Both the position numbers and the translations under genes were made by a program. From Styela clava (taxonomy: Eukaryota), in contig NC_135250.1 in NCBI RefSeq assembly GCF_964204865.1, positions 10,974,001-11,038,000 on the forward strand: 64,000 bases of DNA, given 5' to 3'. This document shows positions 1 through 15,160 of the stretch, piece by piece. Position 1 is the stretch's first letter, and the number at the start of each line of letters is the position of its first letter. Under the pieces are notes generated by a model. That model ran no database searches. It had not been told where the DNA came from and saw nothing but the letters and a program-made list of their open reading frames with translations.

Positions 1-2019
1 CCCGCGATCCGCATTTGTCAAAATTTGTAGAATTTAAGCAGACGAATGCAATATAATGCATGCTGACAAACAAAAATATTGGATTGAAAAATAAAGACAG
101 TTACTTAAGCAATTTCGTCGTCAAAGCTAACAAGAGAGCAATTTTTTCACAATAACAACAAGAAGAACAACAAAAATACAAAGGAGAATATTAACAACAA
201 GAACAATTTAACAAAACGAATCGTCTGTCCACTTTGCTTCCAATGATTGCTGATGCGTTTTAACCTCGGATGCAAAATTAAATCGGTACATCTTGAAATA
301 CAGCTTATTTCACTGGACACGATATATAAAGTGTAGCTATGGATTGTTTTTCTGAATTCTCATTGTTATTGTGAAAATACTCTTATTCTCAATTAATGGA
401 GCGATCGATCTCAAATAAACGATAGTCACTGTTCCTTTGTGTTCATATATTTGACCACTGCTCTCCCTTTTTAACCATATTTTCTCAAACTTCAATACAG
501 AAATTGAATAGAAATATATTGTTAATGAGGCAAAAAACCGATGCGCCAAACTGGAAAGACCAAGCTTATTTCGCAACTTTGTGGCTACGCCTGGCGGCTG
601 TTTATGCAGGGATGGGTTAGTTTTCTTGTTCGGTAAAAAAATAACATTTAAAGTTTGAAATAAACTATTTTTTGTAGGTTGGTCTGGGAAATCCGGTGAC
701 ACGATTCAGCCATCGATACCATATGGATATGCACATTCCAGAAAAGATATATCCTCTGTTATCCTGATATTTTATCGCTGAATGCAGTCCTTTTCAATGT
801 ATAGTTCTGCTTGATGCTTTTGGGAATGAATATATAATTGCATATATTTCTCGGCAAGGTTTTTATTTTTGTTTGTTTGTTTTATTTACAATGTTTATGT
901 TTACGAAATCGAAGATTGCAATATCCATTATTTTATTTAAACTATTGAGACCTTCATCTTGTTTTGCGTATACATGTAGTGAAAACTATTCTAAAAATTT
1001 TGTTTTTGTGATATTTTAAATTTATTTATATATATATATATATATATAACTTGTATTTGCACTGGGAAAGAGTTATTTATGCAACGTCTATTAAAAGTGG
1101 TGATATACCCAAACCTCCACTGTACACACACTCTCACACTGAAAATTGAAATTGAAAAGCACTGTGATATTTATCCTCCCGTATCTAGTCAAAAACATGT
1201 TTGAATTGGTCAGCTTTTATTTCAAAGTCATGTTTGCAAAATAACTTACAAATAACTGCAGATTGATTGATTATCGATTTTTACCAAATTTGAGACACAG
1301 GAGGGTAATTACTATATTTTCTGACATAAAGGCAGCATTTTTTGTATTACAGTTCAGGCTGGTTGCAAAAAAACACCCGGCAGGAAATATGTTGGTCGGT
1401 TTTAGATCATTGGCTCCACTTTTGAAGTTTTCTTTTCTAAAATCACTTTTATAAATTTAAATATATATGAAAAGAATTATAACGCCATAATAAACAATCT
1501 TGCGTAGCTACTAATCAATAGTAGGCCGAGGAAGTGCGTGTTTAAAGATGCCGAAATATAATTTCTGGTAAGACCGGACCCAAATATTTTCAAACTTTTG
1601 TATGCGGATATTCGGTAAAATAGTTGAGTAGCCCTGCCCTAGTCTACCGACGATTTTTTACTTTCTTATTATTGAAACAAAACTGAAATTCCTCGGAAGA
1701 CAAAATGACTACTAGGTTATTTGTTTTATACCTGAATATCGGGAACTAAAAACTATCAAAAATAGCAAAGCCACGAAAACGTGCTAACGTTTACAACCAA
1801 GTCTTTGAACCACTCATAAAATTCCAATTGTGACGTCACACAATAAACAACGGAATCTATGATCGAGATCGCTCGTTCTTCCGATGAGAGATGTCAAGAA
1901 AAAGTGTGAAACAGACTTCATTACAATCTTTTGTATTTGGAGCAGATTGCCAAATAGCCTGTTTCGCAGCATTAGAATTCCAGTGAACACGTATGCTCAC
2001 TTTTGAATCGTTCTAAGTC

Positions 2020-2130
2020 GGGTTGGGATTTCGGACCAGTTTTTGAAATCCCGGTATCGGGATATCCCGGGATTGAGTCGTATAATCCCGGGATTGAGCC
2101 GTATAATCCCGGGATTTTTCGGGATTAAGT
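2020..2130. mobile_element. Transposon terminus fragment with palindromic aatcccgggatt subterminal repeats
   Basis: Three to four atcccgggatt palindromes at 21-bp spacing. The partner end was not identified. Confidence 0.5.
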
Positions 2131-3694
2131 AAAAGATTGAAACAACTTGCATTATAATAAAATCACGTATTTATTTCATGTAATATCGACGCAGAAGTAT
2201 TAGGGCATCTAGGGCAGTGGTTCCCAACCTTTTTTTTTATATCGCGGCACACTATTTAGCTCTTTGAATATTCGCGGTACACCTATCACAAAACACGAAC
2301 ATTTACTGCCCATTAAGAGTGCGATAGTCGAACGCGAACAAATGGTCAATAGTTAGACTACCAATATTAGAACTGTTTTCTTACATTAAATTAAACGAGA
2401 GCGTCTTCGGAGCACCTCACATTATTGTAAAAGTTGCGCGGCCGCTCGTTTAATACGTGCTCTTCTAACGCACCGCTGATAACGCGCTTCGGTTTTGATT
2501 GCCCTTCCACGTCGCGCCCTTATTATCATCGCATGTATTCTCACGTTTTCACAGCCTAATTCATTTTTGTTACAATTCAATGTTTCTCCCATTGCCAAAA
2601 TCATTCAATAATGTTATTGTCGGTAGTTGCGAGAGAAATTAGAGTGGCAAACTGTATTTCTTTAGAACAATTAATTATTATCGATTGAAACACTAAATAG
2701 GTTTAAAGTTTTTAAAACAATTTTCGCTGGACGTGTCTTTTCACGTTATGAATTTCGTGCAAGGCCCGAGCATAATTTGATGGCAAAGACTATAGCATTT
2801 ACTACGTCGAAACGCTTATTCGGTTTTTCAGACCGCAGAAACTATCCAAAAAGATAACCGTTTTTGTGTTCGAGATATGAAGTAATCGTCAATTCCACCA
2901 TGCTTTCGTGAAGTAGTGCAATTTACTAAATTCATGAAGGTTTTATTAAATTTCATTGCATCAGTGTTTGGACTACCACGCGTTTCGCCAGATTACTGGG
3001 ATATTTATGAATACGGTAGTTGACCTTGACTTTACTTTTCAAAAGTGTGACTGTTTTATTTTCGTATTTTAAGTAGTGAATAAAACCCTGCAAAGTCGTT
3101 GTGTGAATCCTGAATGCTATTTTGAGTTCAAATTATAATTAAATAAGTCGGCAATAATGACAATTCTACTAGTCAAATATTAATTCCTTGGTACAATTTG
3201 AGAAAAATTTCGCACAATAATTCCACTTCCACTCAAACTGTAAGCGTAAATGACTTTGTTGTTGGAAATTTCAATGGGACGACCCACTTACTAGGTGTCT
3301 TGGGGAAATGGGAATATTGGCTATCTAAATTACATTCACTAAAGGGACTCTCTCTTATATTTTTCGATATACCATATACCTACAAATGTAATCTCTCTTG
3401 CTCCCTTCAGCCCATGGTATTATAAAGACGCCATATATATATATATATATATACATGTAGCATCTAATCTAGCAACACGAGAGTATGATAGTCAATGGTG
3501 TTATCTGTCGAAAGCGCGCCGATTTCTCGATTTCTTTTGTTCATGCCTCGCCGATTCTCCTTTGTGTTTCTCCCATGTAACCAGAAAGGCGGCCGTTGTG
3601 CTAACAAAACTATTATTCCTTACCGTTACTCAACTATTTTAATTGAAGACCTAGGTACTGAATTCAATGGATATGAGTGTTCGTAGACGTAGAT

Positions 3695-5137
3695 CAGGGC
3701 TGGGCAATTATTTTTGGTATCGGGCCACATTGAATACCGGTATTCAAAATGCAGAGGCGGGCCGGACTAATTTCGCGTTTTTATTGTATTTTATTACATA
3801 TTTAAATACGTACTTTATATAAGTAAGTATATAAATGAGTACTATATCACTTTGTTAGCGGTCTTACTACTTACTGAAAACACCGCAAAGAGAGCGAAAC
3901 AGCGCAAAACAGTGGGGAAAGAGCGCAAAACAGAGAGAAACAGTGTGAAGCAGAAAAAAAATTTGCAATGAGTTCGGGGCACCTCGTTTTGAGTTGGAGT
4001 ACCACGGCAGCAAAATAGCACATACTTCTGGAGCACCAAAGAGGTAGATAAAATTTCGCATGATGACCTATAATCCGGTACATAACCTTGTAAATATACC
4101 GGAAATAGCGCCATAAAACCATGGCGAGAGGCGCCGTGGTTCTTTCGTGGCAGGAGGTGGTAATGACTGCGTCTCCTGTGTTCCGCTGTTTCCCTCCGTT
4201 TTGCGCTGGTTTCCTTCTGTTTCGCGCTGTTTTCCTCTGTTTTGCGCTCTTTGCGGTGTTTCGCGCTGTATTCAGTAAGTAGTAAGACCCCTTTGTTAGA
4301 ATTTTTATTCAAAGCGCAATTAATAAAACTCGTTTAAAACGTAAATCTGACGATTTCGAGACAATACATTGGATCAGAGAAACGGAACGCTCGTGTTTTG
4401 CGATTTTGTGAATTCGACAAATCTGATCTGTTCCTGCAACACTGACTTAGCTCTGCTTTAAAGATTTTACCACCATGCGATAAAAGTAAAATTCTTTTTA
4501 GTTACATAAAAATCGATTGAGTTTACCTTACATTAATTATCTTATAAATCAGGCCCCGTCGGTAGTTTTAGAATTGATCAAAAGGTACATCGCGCCCACG
4601 ATAGCTACGCAATTAACATGTGTGCCGTGGGCACCAAAAATATTTCTAGTTTCCGTTTTCAAAAAAAGCGTTTTTAATTTGTCGCGAGCCGTTTGAATCG
4701 TAACTTGTTTCTGTTCAATTTTTAGTATTTTGTATTGCCGCTCTAAATCTAGATTTAGGTTGCTTGCAGATTCACTCCTTTATTTATCTTTAGCATTTCG
4801 TCGCCGATGGTTATATAATAACTCTTTTTTTTCAATGGTTTCACAGTTCCGTATACAAGACATACATATGTTAAGGAAAATTTGTGACTTGAGGAGACTA
4901 ATCGCCGACGTAAAGGTGTTTACGTTCTAAAATCTGAATAACACCTCGAGATGGCGAAAACAATCGGCGATTTAAGGGAAATTTAGTCGAATGTCGTTAT
5001 CGACTTTTTCATTGTCCTAAAAATTCTTTTGTTCGCAATCAAATTATATTTTATATGTAAATGGAAAAAAGTGTCTAAATCTAGATACTTGCTCGCGGAC
5101 CGCATGTGGCCCGCGGGTCGCAACTTGCCCAGGCCTG
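3695..5137. mobile_element. Non-autonomous Charlie-type hAT element
   Basis: TIRs cagggctgggcaa / ttgcccaggcctg, subterminal ggcccgcggg motifs and a perfect 8-bp TSD acgtagat (3687-3694, 5138-5145). Confidence 0.88.
3859..4290. mobile_element. Foldback/Mutator-like element nested in the hAT element
   Basis: TIR (c/g)ggtcttactacttactgaa followed by inverted arrays of ~10-bp subrepeats (cagcgcaaaa); perfect 9-bp TSD ctttgttag. Confidence 0.82.
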
Positions 5138-7256
5138 ACGTAGATGGTACTTGCAAATACCGATGGGAGAGGGTAGCAAACGTTTAACTACTTTTATAAC
5201 GACAATTCTACTAGTCAAATAATAATTCCTTGGTACAACTTGAGAAAAATTTCGCACAATAATTCCACTTCCACTCAAACTGTAAGTGTAAATGACTTTG
5301 TTGTTGGAAATTTCAATGGGACGACCCACTTACTAGGTGTCTTGGGGAAATGGAAAGATTGGCTATCTAAATTACATTTATTAAAGGGACTCTCTCCTAT
5401 ATTTTTCGATATAACATATACCTACAAATGTAATCTCTCTTGCTCCCTTCAGCCCATGGTATTATAAAGACGCCATATATATATATATACATGTAGCATC
5501 TAATCTAGCAAACGTTTAACTACTTTTATAACGTATGAAGTTTGTTTCACTTTTGTTTTTATAACGTATGGAGTTTTTTCAGTATCAAAGATATCCGATA
5601 TAGCTTATCCTCAGCACCACGATGCTACCAGAAGTTAATAGTCAGTTGCTAATTCCGCCATTTTAACGAATATTCCTATTTGTGTCAAAATTTTGGACGT
5701 CAGATCTATTCATGCATCTATTCGGCTTCTTGATGAAAATGTAGTTGAATTCGTGGGCAATCGACTTAGTGGTGATAGGGTAAAACCGTTAATATCCCAT
5801 TTGACGACAATTTCGAATTCAACAATTCCTATATGTACTAAAATAAACAAATCGCTTCGCTTGTCGGAAGTGCAAATTGACTTTGTGCTTGACATGCCAA
5901 TATTGAAGAACACAAAACAATCTATTAAGAGCTGATGCTGAATTTTTAAATGAGCGTCCGATGTACAGATGAATTTTGATAAACTAAAACGAAAACTGGT
6001 CGGTACACTGCCAAGTAATACAGGACCGAGAGAAATCTGTCGTCTTGTACGTCAAATACGGCGCTGTTCTTTGTAGATGGAATGCTATATCCAGGTCTTC
6101 AACTAAAATCGCGCACTGGTTCACATTCGTGCTCATTGAAGTGTGGTGGTTTCAATATTGATCCCTTTATTTATTTTGGGTTTTTATACGCTACGGCAGT
6201 AATTCCCAAACTGTGGTGGAATATAGGTGGTACGCAAGCAGCTCGCAAAGTCCGTCCAGAATAGAGAAAGGTCAGTAGTCTTTTCAAGAAGTACAAGTTA
6301 TGTTTTACACATTATTTAGAAATATTGCAAAACCGATATTGCGGTAGCGTAGATACAGCTTGTTGTTTATCGGTCTCGCATGCTGCGGTCAAAGTTTCCA
6401 AATCAGGGTCATGAATGTTATAATATGGAGAAAAATTTAAACTTTATTAATTTCACATAATGAAAAAAGATGCTATTGAGGTTTGATTTTTGATTTTAAC
6501 TGCCCAAGTCAGTTATGTACGAGATTATCCTTACCTAGGGTGCTTGTCTCTTATTTGAGTGGTAACGGTTTTTAATTTGAATGTGGAATTGTTGTTTAGT
6601 GATGTTTAATTGAGCGGCACATTTTTACGATGAAACATTATTTGAAGTTATTATATATCATACCGTGCGCTAATTTTTTCGCTTGGTAACTTCACACGCA
6701 TATTAGTTACCATAAATATTGAGGTTCGAAGCTCGCGAAGGACAAGTTGCAACTAGCTTCGCAGTAGTTTGAGTAATATAAAGGAGTGCTTCAGATACGT
6801 TATAGTTAAATGAAGTTAATTTTGGCTGGTACACATATACATTTAGGTATGAATATGGGAAATTTCCGGCAAAATACTCTCTTCTCACTGCCATAGGTGT
6901 AATGGTTTAATCATATTCAACAACAGTCAGCCCCGGAATAAATTCATAAATGATGTAGTCAGTTAGTTGGTGCCTAATATTTATTAAAATAACAGTGTAG
7001 AACGAAAGGTCTCGCGTGTGATCTACGTACATTTGAACAGCATTTAAAGTAAATAGATCTTTCGAATATTCTGGTTATAATGTTTGCATACCCAGGATTG
7101 TGTCAACAATGCTCACAGTCAGACCTACATGATCTTAAAATTACAGAAAGTACTTGGTAATATGTAAAATACAGTTGAAACTAAAGCTAAACCGTCGACG
7201 TGACTGTTTTGTATGCTTATTTTTACAGATATTAACCAGTTACTGAGCTCGACATC

Positions 7257-9169
7257 ATGCAAATTTACTGCCGATGTCCGACACGGGTGAAATTCACTTA
7301 TTTATTTTGCTTTTCCTTGACTCTATGCCTTGTTCTCAAGATAGCAATTTTTATGTCTTCCCCTCCCGTAACCAAACAAAACATCGCAAAATATTTCGAG
7401 GCAACTTCAAACAAACTGACATTGCTTGCACACAAATACAACTGCGAAGCAATTGACGAGTTTCTCAAAAACGGCACAACCCCTAGAGAGCATTTGGAAT
7501 TTCTTGCGAAACCCTGGAGAATAAATGTATCTGCTTCTCCAGCTAGTTTATTTCACAACAATAACGTTGGTAAGTTGTTCATTTTGTCACGATTGTCTTT
7601 TACTGTATATTTGATAACATATAAAGAGGCACTTATTTGTATTTACAGTTGAATTATGGTCATCTATCGCTGTAGTCAAATCAAGTATTATGAACGAAAA
7701 TCGCAGGTTTGCTATTCGTGAAACATGGGGGAAATTCAAATTTATTGATGGAGTTAGACTCGAAACTGTATTTATCTTGGGAACTACTGATGATATTCAG
7801 CTACAAAAAGAAATAATAGAAGAAAATGGAATATACGGTGATATACTTCAGGTTGATCTACCAGACACCAAAGAGTAAGTATGAACACTGGGTATTCTAA
7901 TCGAATAAAAGCAAGTGTGTCTCAACGGAGCCATACAGAATAGTTGCAGTTAATCAATCATAATATTGATGTACATTACTAATTCACAAGCAATGACGTA
8001 TGGTAATAATCATTCGGTATAGAAAATTTGCAGCCGATGGTTTAGGACTTAATGGAATCATTTGCACATGGGTTGTATTATTGAATCAAGTATTGGCGAA
8101 GTCATACAATGATAACTCGTAACTTGAGAATCTTGAAACATATTTCAAGAGAGAAAACAAATAGCAAAGCGTCCTAGATTACTGAAACATTTGAGTCATA
8201 CACAATCATACACAAACAGAAGTTTAGGCTTTAAATAAATTTATTTTATTTTTAAGTTGTGTTTTTAGTCTTTAGCTTAATTAACTCTTTATGTTAAAAA
8301 AAAAACGTAATTAAGGCGGCTTCGGAGAAAAGGTTGTAGCATACAAACCAAACTAGGTGCTTATTTATTGGGTGAAGATTCGAAGAAATATTAAAAATAG
8401 GCTTGGCAACTGCAATCTTCTTCAATAACATATTTTTGAACATCCGTGCGCTCTGACAATGTGTGTACTCTGAAGACGTTAATGATATCATGCTTCCTAT
8501 CATTTTCTTAGAAATGTTCCTGCAAAGACGTTGGCGGGAATGAGATGGATTTCTCAAAATATCCCGGACACCTGGCTTTACTCTTCAGTAGACGATGACT
8601 TCATCCTACATCCACCAAATTTCATCCGATACGTTGAAAGCGTGAAACGAGATAGAATTTCCAAAACTCTACCAATCATGTGTATTTACGCTTACAGAAA
8701 AGCCGAGGAGATTAATAGAAAAAGAGGCAGTCCTTGGTATATTTCACCAGAGCAGTATGCAGCAAAGAATTGGCCCCCGTACTGTCGCGGTGGTTGGTAT
8801 ACAATGCCAACGGAAACCGCTTCAAAATTGTATGAAATATCAAGAACCACTCCGTTTCTAAAACTTGATGATGTTTGGATAACAGGTATAATAAGGCTTA
8901 TCATGAACGATCGTGAAAATAAACCGGTTCCTCCAGGTAGCCATGTCTCCGAGTACGGTATTACTTTTGCTCCCCTGGCGGATAGAACAAACAATCAATT
9001 GTATTATAATCAATATGAGAATGATTTAGGCAAGGTGATAGTCAGCCATACTTGGTCCGGTAATTATGGCCTGTTTGCACATAGTATTGAAAATGATATA
9101 GAAAATATTTGGAGTAAGTGGGAGACAGCGGTATTGGAGAGAATGAAATATTATATTCAAGCGATTTAA
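7257..9169 (+). CDS. GT31 beta-1,3-galactosyltransferase-like protein, paralog 1 (3 coding exons, ~398 aa)
   Basis: Exons 7257-7569, 7649-7874 and 8512-9169 are joined by GT-AG introns in phase (1197 nt). N-terminal type II TM helix; motifs 'RRFAIRETWG', 'VFILG', 'EENGIYGDILQ', DxD 'SSVDDDF', 'WPPYCRGGWY' and 'LDDVWITG' are typical of the Galactosyl_T/B3GALT family. Exact orthologue and donor sugar are not assignable. Confidence 0.93.
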
Positions 9170-9759
9170 ATTAAGAATGAAGCGGTAACTTTAATTTACC
9201 AAGTTACAGTGATGGGAAAAAAGGCCTAATGGCCTATATATGATAATAATGGTTTATATCTTGGTTGCTAGCTGAGACATTCCCAAATGGCATAAGCATC
9301 TTAAAGATGCTTCCACTAATAGGAAGGTGTTGTCAAAATCCCTACGACGTCGAATTTTATTGTTTGCTCAATTTTATTTATTTGAATTGCTGTGATAATT
9401 TGTGCAACCCTCTTGTTTGTAGTGCATGTGATTATGTATGTTTATAAGACGTTGCCCATATATGGAACTTTTTTTTGATTCTTACTTGCATATCTTGTAC
9501 ATGTTTTTCCTTTTACTGAGACAAAATTTGTGCGGATTTTCAAATTACACAAACAAATAAAAAAGATTGTTTATCTGACTGGTCGAATAATGCACTACTG
9601 TTCGATTAATATATGGACCGGTGTACTTTTCCTAATAACACATTAAGCATCGCATACTTGATGACCATAATATGGTTGAATTTTATATTTATAACCGACG
9701 AAAAAAACATTTTCGCAGCGAAAAATCGATGTATTTGTCGTTGATTGAAAACTTATTTC

Positions 9760-9994
9760 GGTACTCCCGTAGTATATGCAACAAGATGGCGGACACCGGA
9801 ACGTGGTATGTGTATCAGGTTGGGGTTAGACCATAATTTCAGGATCAAATACTACGGGAGTCACTTGGCTAGTCCCCGACTCGAAATATAACTAAAATAA
9901 GAAAAATTGGAATAAAATTATGGCCTAAACCTAACCTGGTACACATACTATGTTCAGGTGTCCGCCATCTTGTTGCACATACTACGGGAGCGCC
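9760..9994. mobile_element. Merlin-like MITE with long TIRs
   Basis: ~80-bp imperfect TIRs ggtactcccgtagta..caagatggcggacacc / ggtgtccgccatcttg..tactacgggagcgcc; flanks cttatttc/actatttc. Confidence 0.85.
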
Positions 9995-10514
9995 ACTATT
10001 TCAGCAATACAATATAACTCTTTCCTAATACTTTGTGCACAACGAAGCAAAATGAGCGTTTATTTAACCTTGTTAACGATTTCATGTTCAGCATACTAAC
10101 GCTTTTCGCATTTGTACACGCAGATACCTTTTGTTAACTGTCTAATATATAATACAGTGCATGATGTAGCGTGATACGACGTAAACCGCACTGGGTACTT
10201 ATCTGTTGGAGTTTATTTATTAGTGGTCTCTGCTGTTTAATTTTTAACCACATTTTAGAGTTACTAATGTTAATTAAAGTGAATAGTAACATATGTATGT
10301 CACCCTTTATTCTCGCATAACTGATATTGTTGCATCATATATATAAGCTTAATTTCAACCAAACTGTATCTAAAATTATGCATTCGAAGGTTTAAATCAG
10401 ACCGAAAGACCTTTAGCAACGTAAATCATTCTAATAGCGACCTGCGATTACCTGCTATGCATAATGAATGGCGTTACATTACGTAAAACTGTGTTTTTTT
10501 ATTTTAACCCCAAA

Positions 10515-10535
10515 CCAATTGGCTATATAAAAAGC
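10515..10535 (+). promoter_or_regulatory. Candidate CCAAT + TATA core promoter, possibly for the collectin gene
   Basis: ccaattggcTATATAAAAAG lies ~2 kb upstream of the collectin ATG, which is itself preceded by an acceptor-like cttcaccag at 12510. The link to the gene is inference. Confidence 0.3.
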
Positions 10536-12515
10536 AGTGCTCAACTTGGTATTACTCTTGAACATTCGTGCGATTATATAGCATGGTGATGTAATTACTT
10601 AACAATTGAATATCGTTGTTTGCGGTATATTATTGGATATTAAATACATTTTTTGGATATCCCTATTTTGCGGAATAGTAGAAACACTGACATGGTTACA
10701 AACGGGCAGCATAGAGGCGATGTGCGAATATAAATGTAAGGCGGTTGCAATGTGAGAAGAAAAAATAGTTCTTGCGTCATTTTACTTCGTAATACACAGC
10801 GATATTAGAATTGCACGGATTCACTGCCACATATGGGGGATAACCAAAAAATCAAAAATTGCTGTGATAAGACAATTAGATAGATGAATTCATGATATCA
10901 ACCCTCATCTGATTGAACCAGAAGTGTTTTATTACCATCAATATATTTTATATCCTGATTGAAATTTAAATTATAAGGATGTTTTCGTTGTTTTGCTTGA
11001 AATGGAAATTCTCAAAACTTAAAGCTATATATATTTGGTTGTCATTATTCGAAATTGATAATATCGATAGATAAATGCTAAATTTTGGTTTGATCATAAA
11101 TGTTTTTTTTTCTCCCAAGGGTGTATTAATAACATTATTTGGGATCTTTAACTTGCCAAATATGATTCATAAGTAGAATTCAAGAATCAATGTGTGATCA
11201 TACTTGGTTGTTAATACATTATCAATTAACGAATAGTACATCATCTGCGTAAACGATGCTGTCGTTCACACGTTTCTCGTCCTAATTTAGAGGAATAGGG
11301 AAACGATATCGCGTTAAGCATGTTGTATTTACATGAAAACGATTTTTGGATTTCTCTTTTGAATCTCAGAGAAATTGCTTTTACTGCATCGTGCGATAGG
11401 ATATCGTGCAACCATATTGAAACAAAGTTCAAAACACCAAATACAGTGGGGTAGATCCAGAACTTAGTTATATATATATATTTATATATCAGACAGTAAA
11501 AGGCAGAGGCAGGTACCCATGGAAACAAGAAAAAATTGCTAGTTATATCAGAGAAATATTAGTCACACGAAGTAGCAACACGTCACTTTTATTCTCAAAC
11601 TGTATCAAGCCGTCGGAATAATTCATCTATCGGTTAAAATTCTTATTGTATCATTCGGTAAAATGGAAAGTGAGGACTATTATTGCTGCTAGGTTTGATC
11701 AAACGTCAATGCTAAAATATTTCAAATTTAAGCTAGGTTTTTACAGGCTAAGGGAGGAGTGGGTGCCAACTAACGTATGGTTGCCTTGAGGTATATGCGT
11801 GTTGAGAATATGTAGAGCACAGTCATTAAAAAGGTCTAGAAACCCCAAAAATAAGCACCAACAAAACAAATTGCTGAGCGGATAAATTCGGAAGACGGGT
11901 CCGTGTGTTTTTGATAGAACTCAGTATATATTGGCTAAATAGTAGGATTTTAGAAAACGAAACGTACTACAGAAAATGATCATTTTTGGTATCATATAAA
12001 CTAAGATAAGAATTCGATGAATGAAAAGAAAAAGATGGTGTTCCACTCGTGTCTAATTTGTAATCTAATAATAATACCATGACATGAAGTTTTTCCTCAA
12101 TCCTCAACATTTACGTTAAGATTTTGCGACCGTTTTTAAGTGGAATTCGCTGCAAAATATGACCATAGGAAAATATCTAGCATGTATAGAAGATTATTAG
12201 GCGTACGAAAGATTACAGTTTGGAAGCGAACGAACGCTAGTTAAAATAGGTTAAAGGTGACAGGCGTTTCTCACATTACTGGCACAGGCCCACATTGGCT
12301 GGGCCATTTCGCAACAATTATCAATAATGTAAAATGAAATAATAAATAACAGGCCAATAGAATATCTGGGGCTTTAACTTTCTGTTTTTGGATTTAATAA
12401 TTTCTCCAAATGGTGGTTCAAATAATCCCCACTGTGAATTGCTGATTTAAATTTTGTACAATAGTTAGACAAATAAAGATCACCAAACAACGTTTTCACA
12501 TCTTCACCAGATTGA

Positions 12516-13870
<1,355 letters not shown>

Positions 13871-14917
13871 TTCTGAGATATTAATGGTACGGTATAAATT
13901 GAGCAAATGTGCCAATATAATTTGATTCTTGAACATTGGTCTATTGGGTGGGAATTTAGAACAAAACAATTTTGTTGGGAACTAAATTGACGATAAAACT
14001 TACATGCGATTCCAGGAGAAATTATATGTTCTCAATATATTATAAAGCCTGATTTTTGCTATGTTTTACAGTCATTTAATCTGATTGTTCATATTATTCG
14101 GGTATGGAAATTGATTAATTGTGAGCCATCCATAAACGTCTTCTATCATATGCCCCAGCAGTAACTCAGTCCCATGTCATCATGTGTGTTATTTAAATGG
14201 ATGAAAACCGATATTAGTCGTGTTCCAACGACCCCACCACATTTATTGTGCTTGACTATTTACTGCTATTCATTTAACAAAACATATCAGTACAAAATTT
14301 GCCAAAATTGTTTTCACTTTTTTAATATGAAAAATATTATTATGATTATGTTGCCATTATTCTATTTTCTTTATTACTAATACCTATCTGTCATGCATGC
14401 AGGTGTTAATCAAGACTATTGCTCGTATTGTTATTGTAAATAAATTTAAAAAAAACTAGTGAGTTCTAGGAGTTAGATGGCAGATAGAAATAAAAATATG
14501 ACAAAGATTATAAAACAAAAATGATGGAATAAATTTGTAAGGTTGGAATCATTCTATTCATACGGGATTGGGAAAATACTTTGTCAATTAACATGAAAAA
14601 CGAGAATACCTACATTTGAGAATTTTAAAAAATTGATTTGGACAGGCGTTCGTTGAGAAATTTGTTCTGGTTTCATCTTAACTGTTATGCCGAGAAAAGG
14701 CAGGACGAATAAAACATCGTTACTATATTATGAAAGGTATTTTTTGAAAGAAAATTTTATTTCAAATTTCATACCATAAAACGTAGTGCCAATTTTCGTA
14801 GAATGATAATATGATCTATATGCATTTCACGAGAATTTGATACAATCAAAATCACATGCGCTCACTTGGAAAACTATACAATCTGCTTACAGTGAAGAAA
14901 CGAGAAATCCTAAATCA

Positions 14918-15160
14918 AATACAGGAGAGCAATGCTCAATTATAATGACATGGAATCCAAATGAAATATTTTACCAACAACAAAAGCAACAATTTTTATC
15001 CACCGAGAATTTCAAAGCAATTGGTTCAGTAGTCGGAGAAAAAAACGATTTTTTCACAACAACAAGTCTATAGAATACCAGCAACAACACCAGAACGATC
15101 CATAGGTCTATGTCGTGTCCAACAAGCGAGCAATGCTTAGGTTCATTTCGTGTCCAATAA
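14918..15160 (+). mobile_element. Helentron/DINE-like non-autonomous element(s); related pieces at ~128-245, 18349-18860, 19325-19382 + 23535-23755, 23901-23952 (-) and 31380-31530
   Basis: One end is caag(a/c)gagcNatgctc (a small hairpin), the core is 'aatttcaaagc(g/a)attgg(t)ccagta..gatttttcacaa' followed by an (aac)n-rich tract, and the other end is 'aacgatccataggtc..tcgtgtccaa'. No TSD is evident. The superfamily is inferred from structure. Confidence 0.55.

Larger units (their letters stand above)
3160..5511 (+). repeat. ~315-bp direct repeat (3160-3476 and 5202-5511)
   Basis: Near-identical copies, each including a (TA)n tract; these explain the duplicate ORFs at 3198 and 5240. Confidence 0.93.

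Noticed and set aside
337-702. 121-aa minus-strand ORF
   Set aside because: Non-ATG start, no motif and no splice partners.
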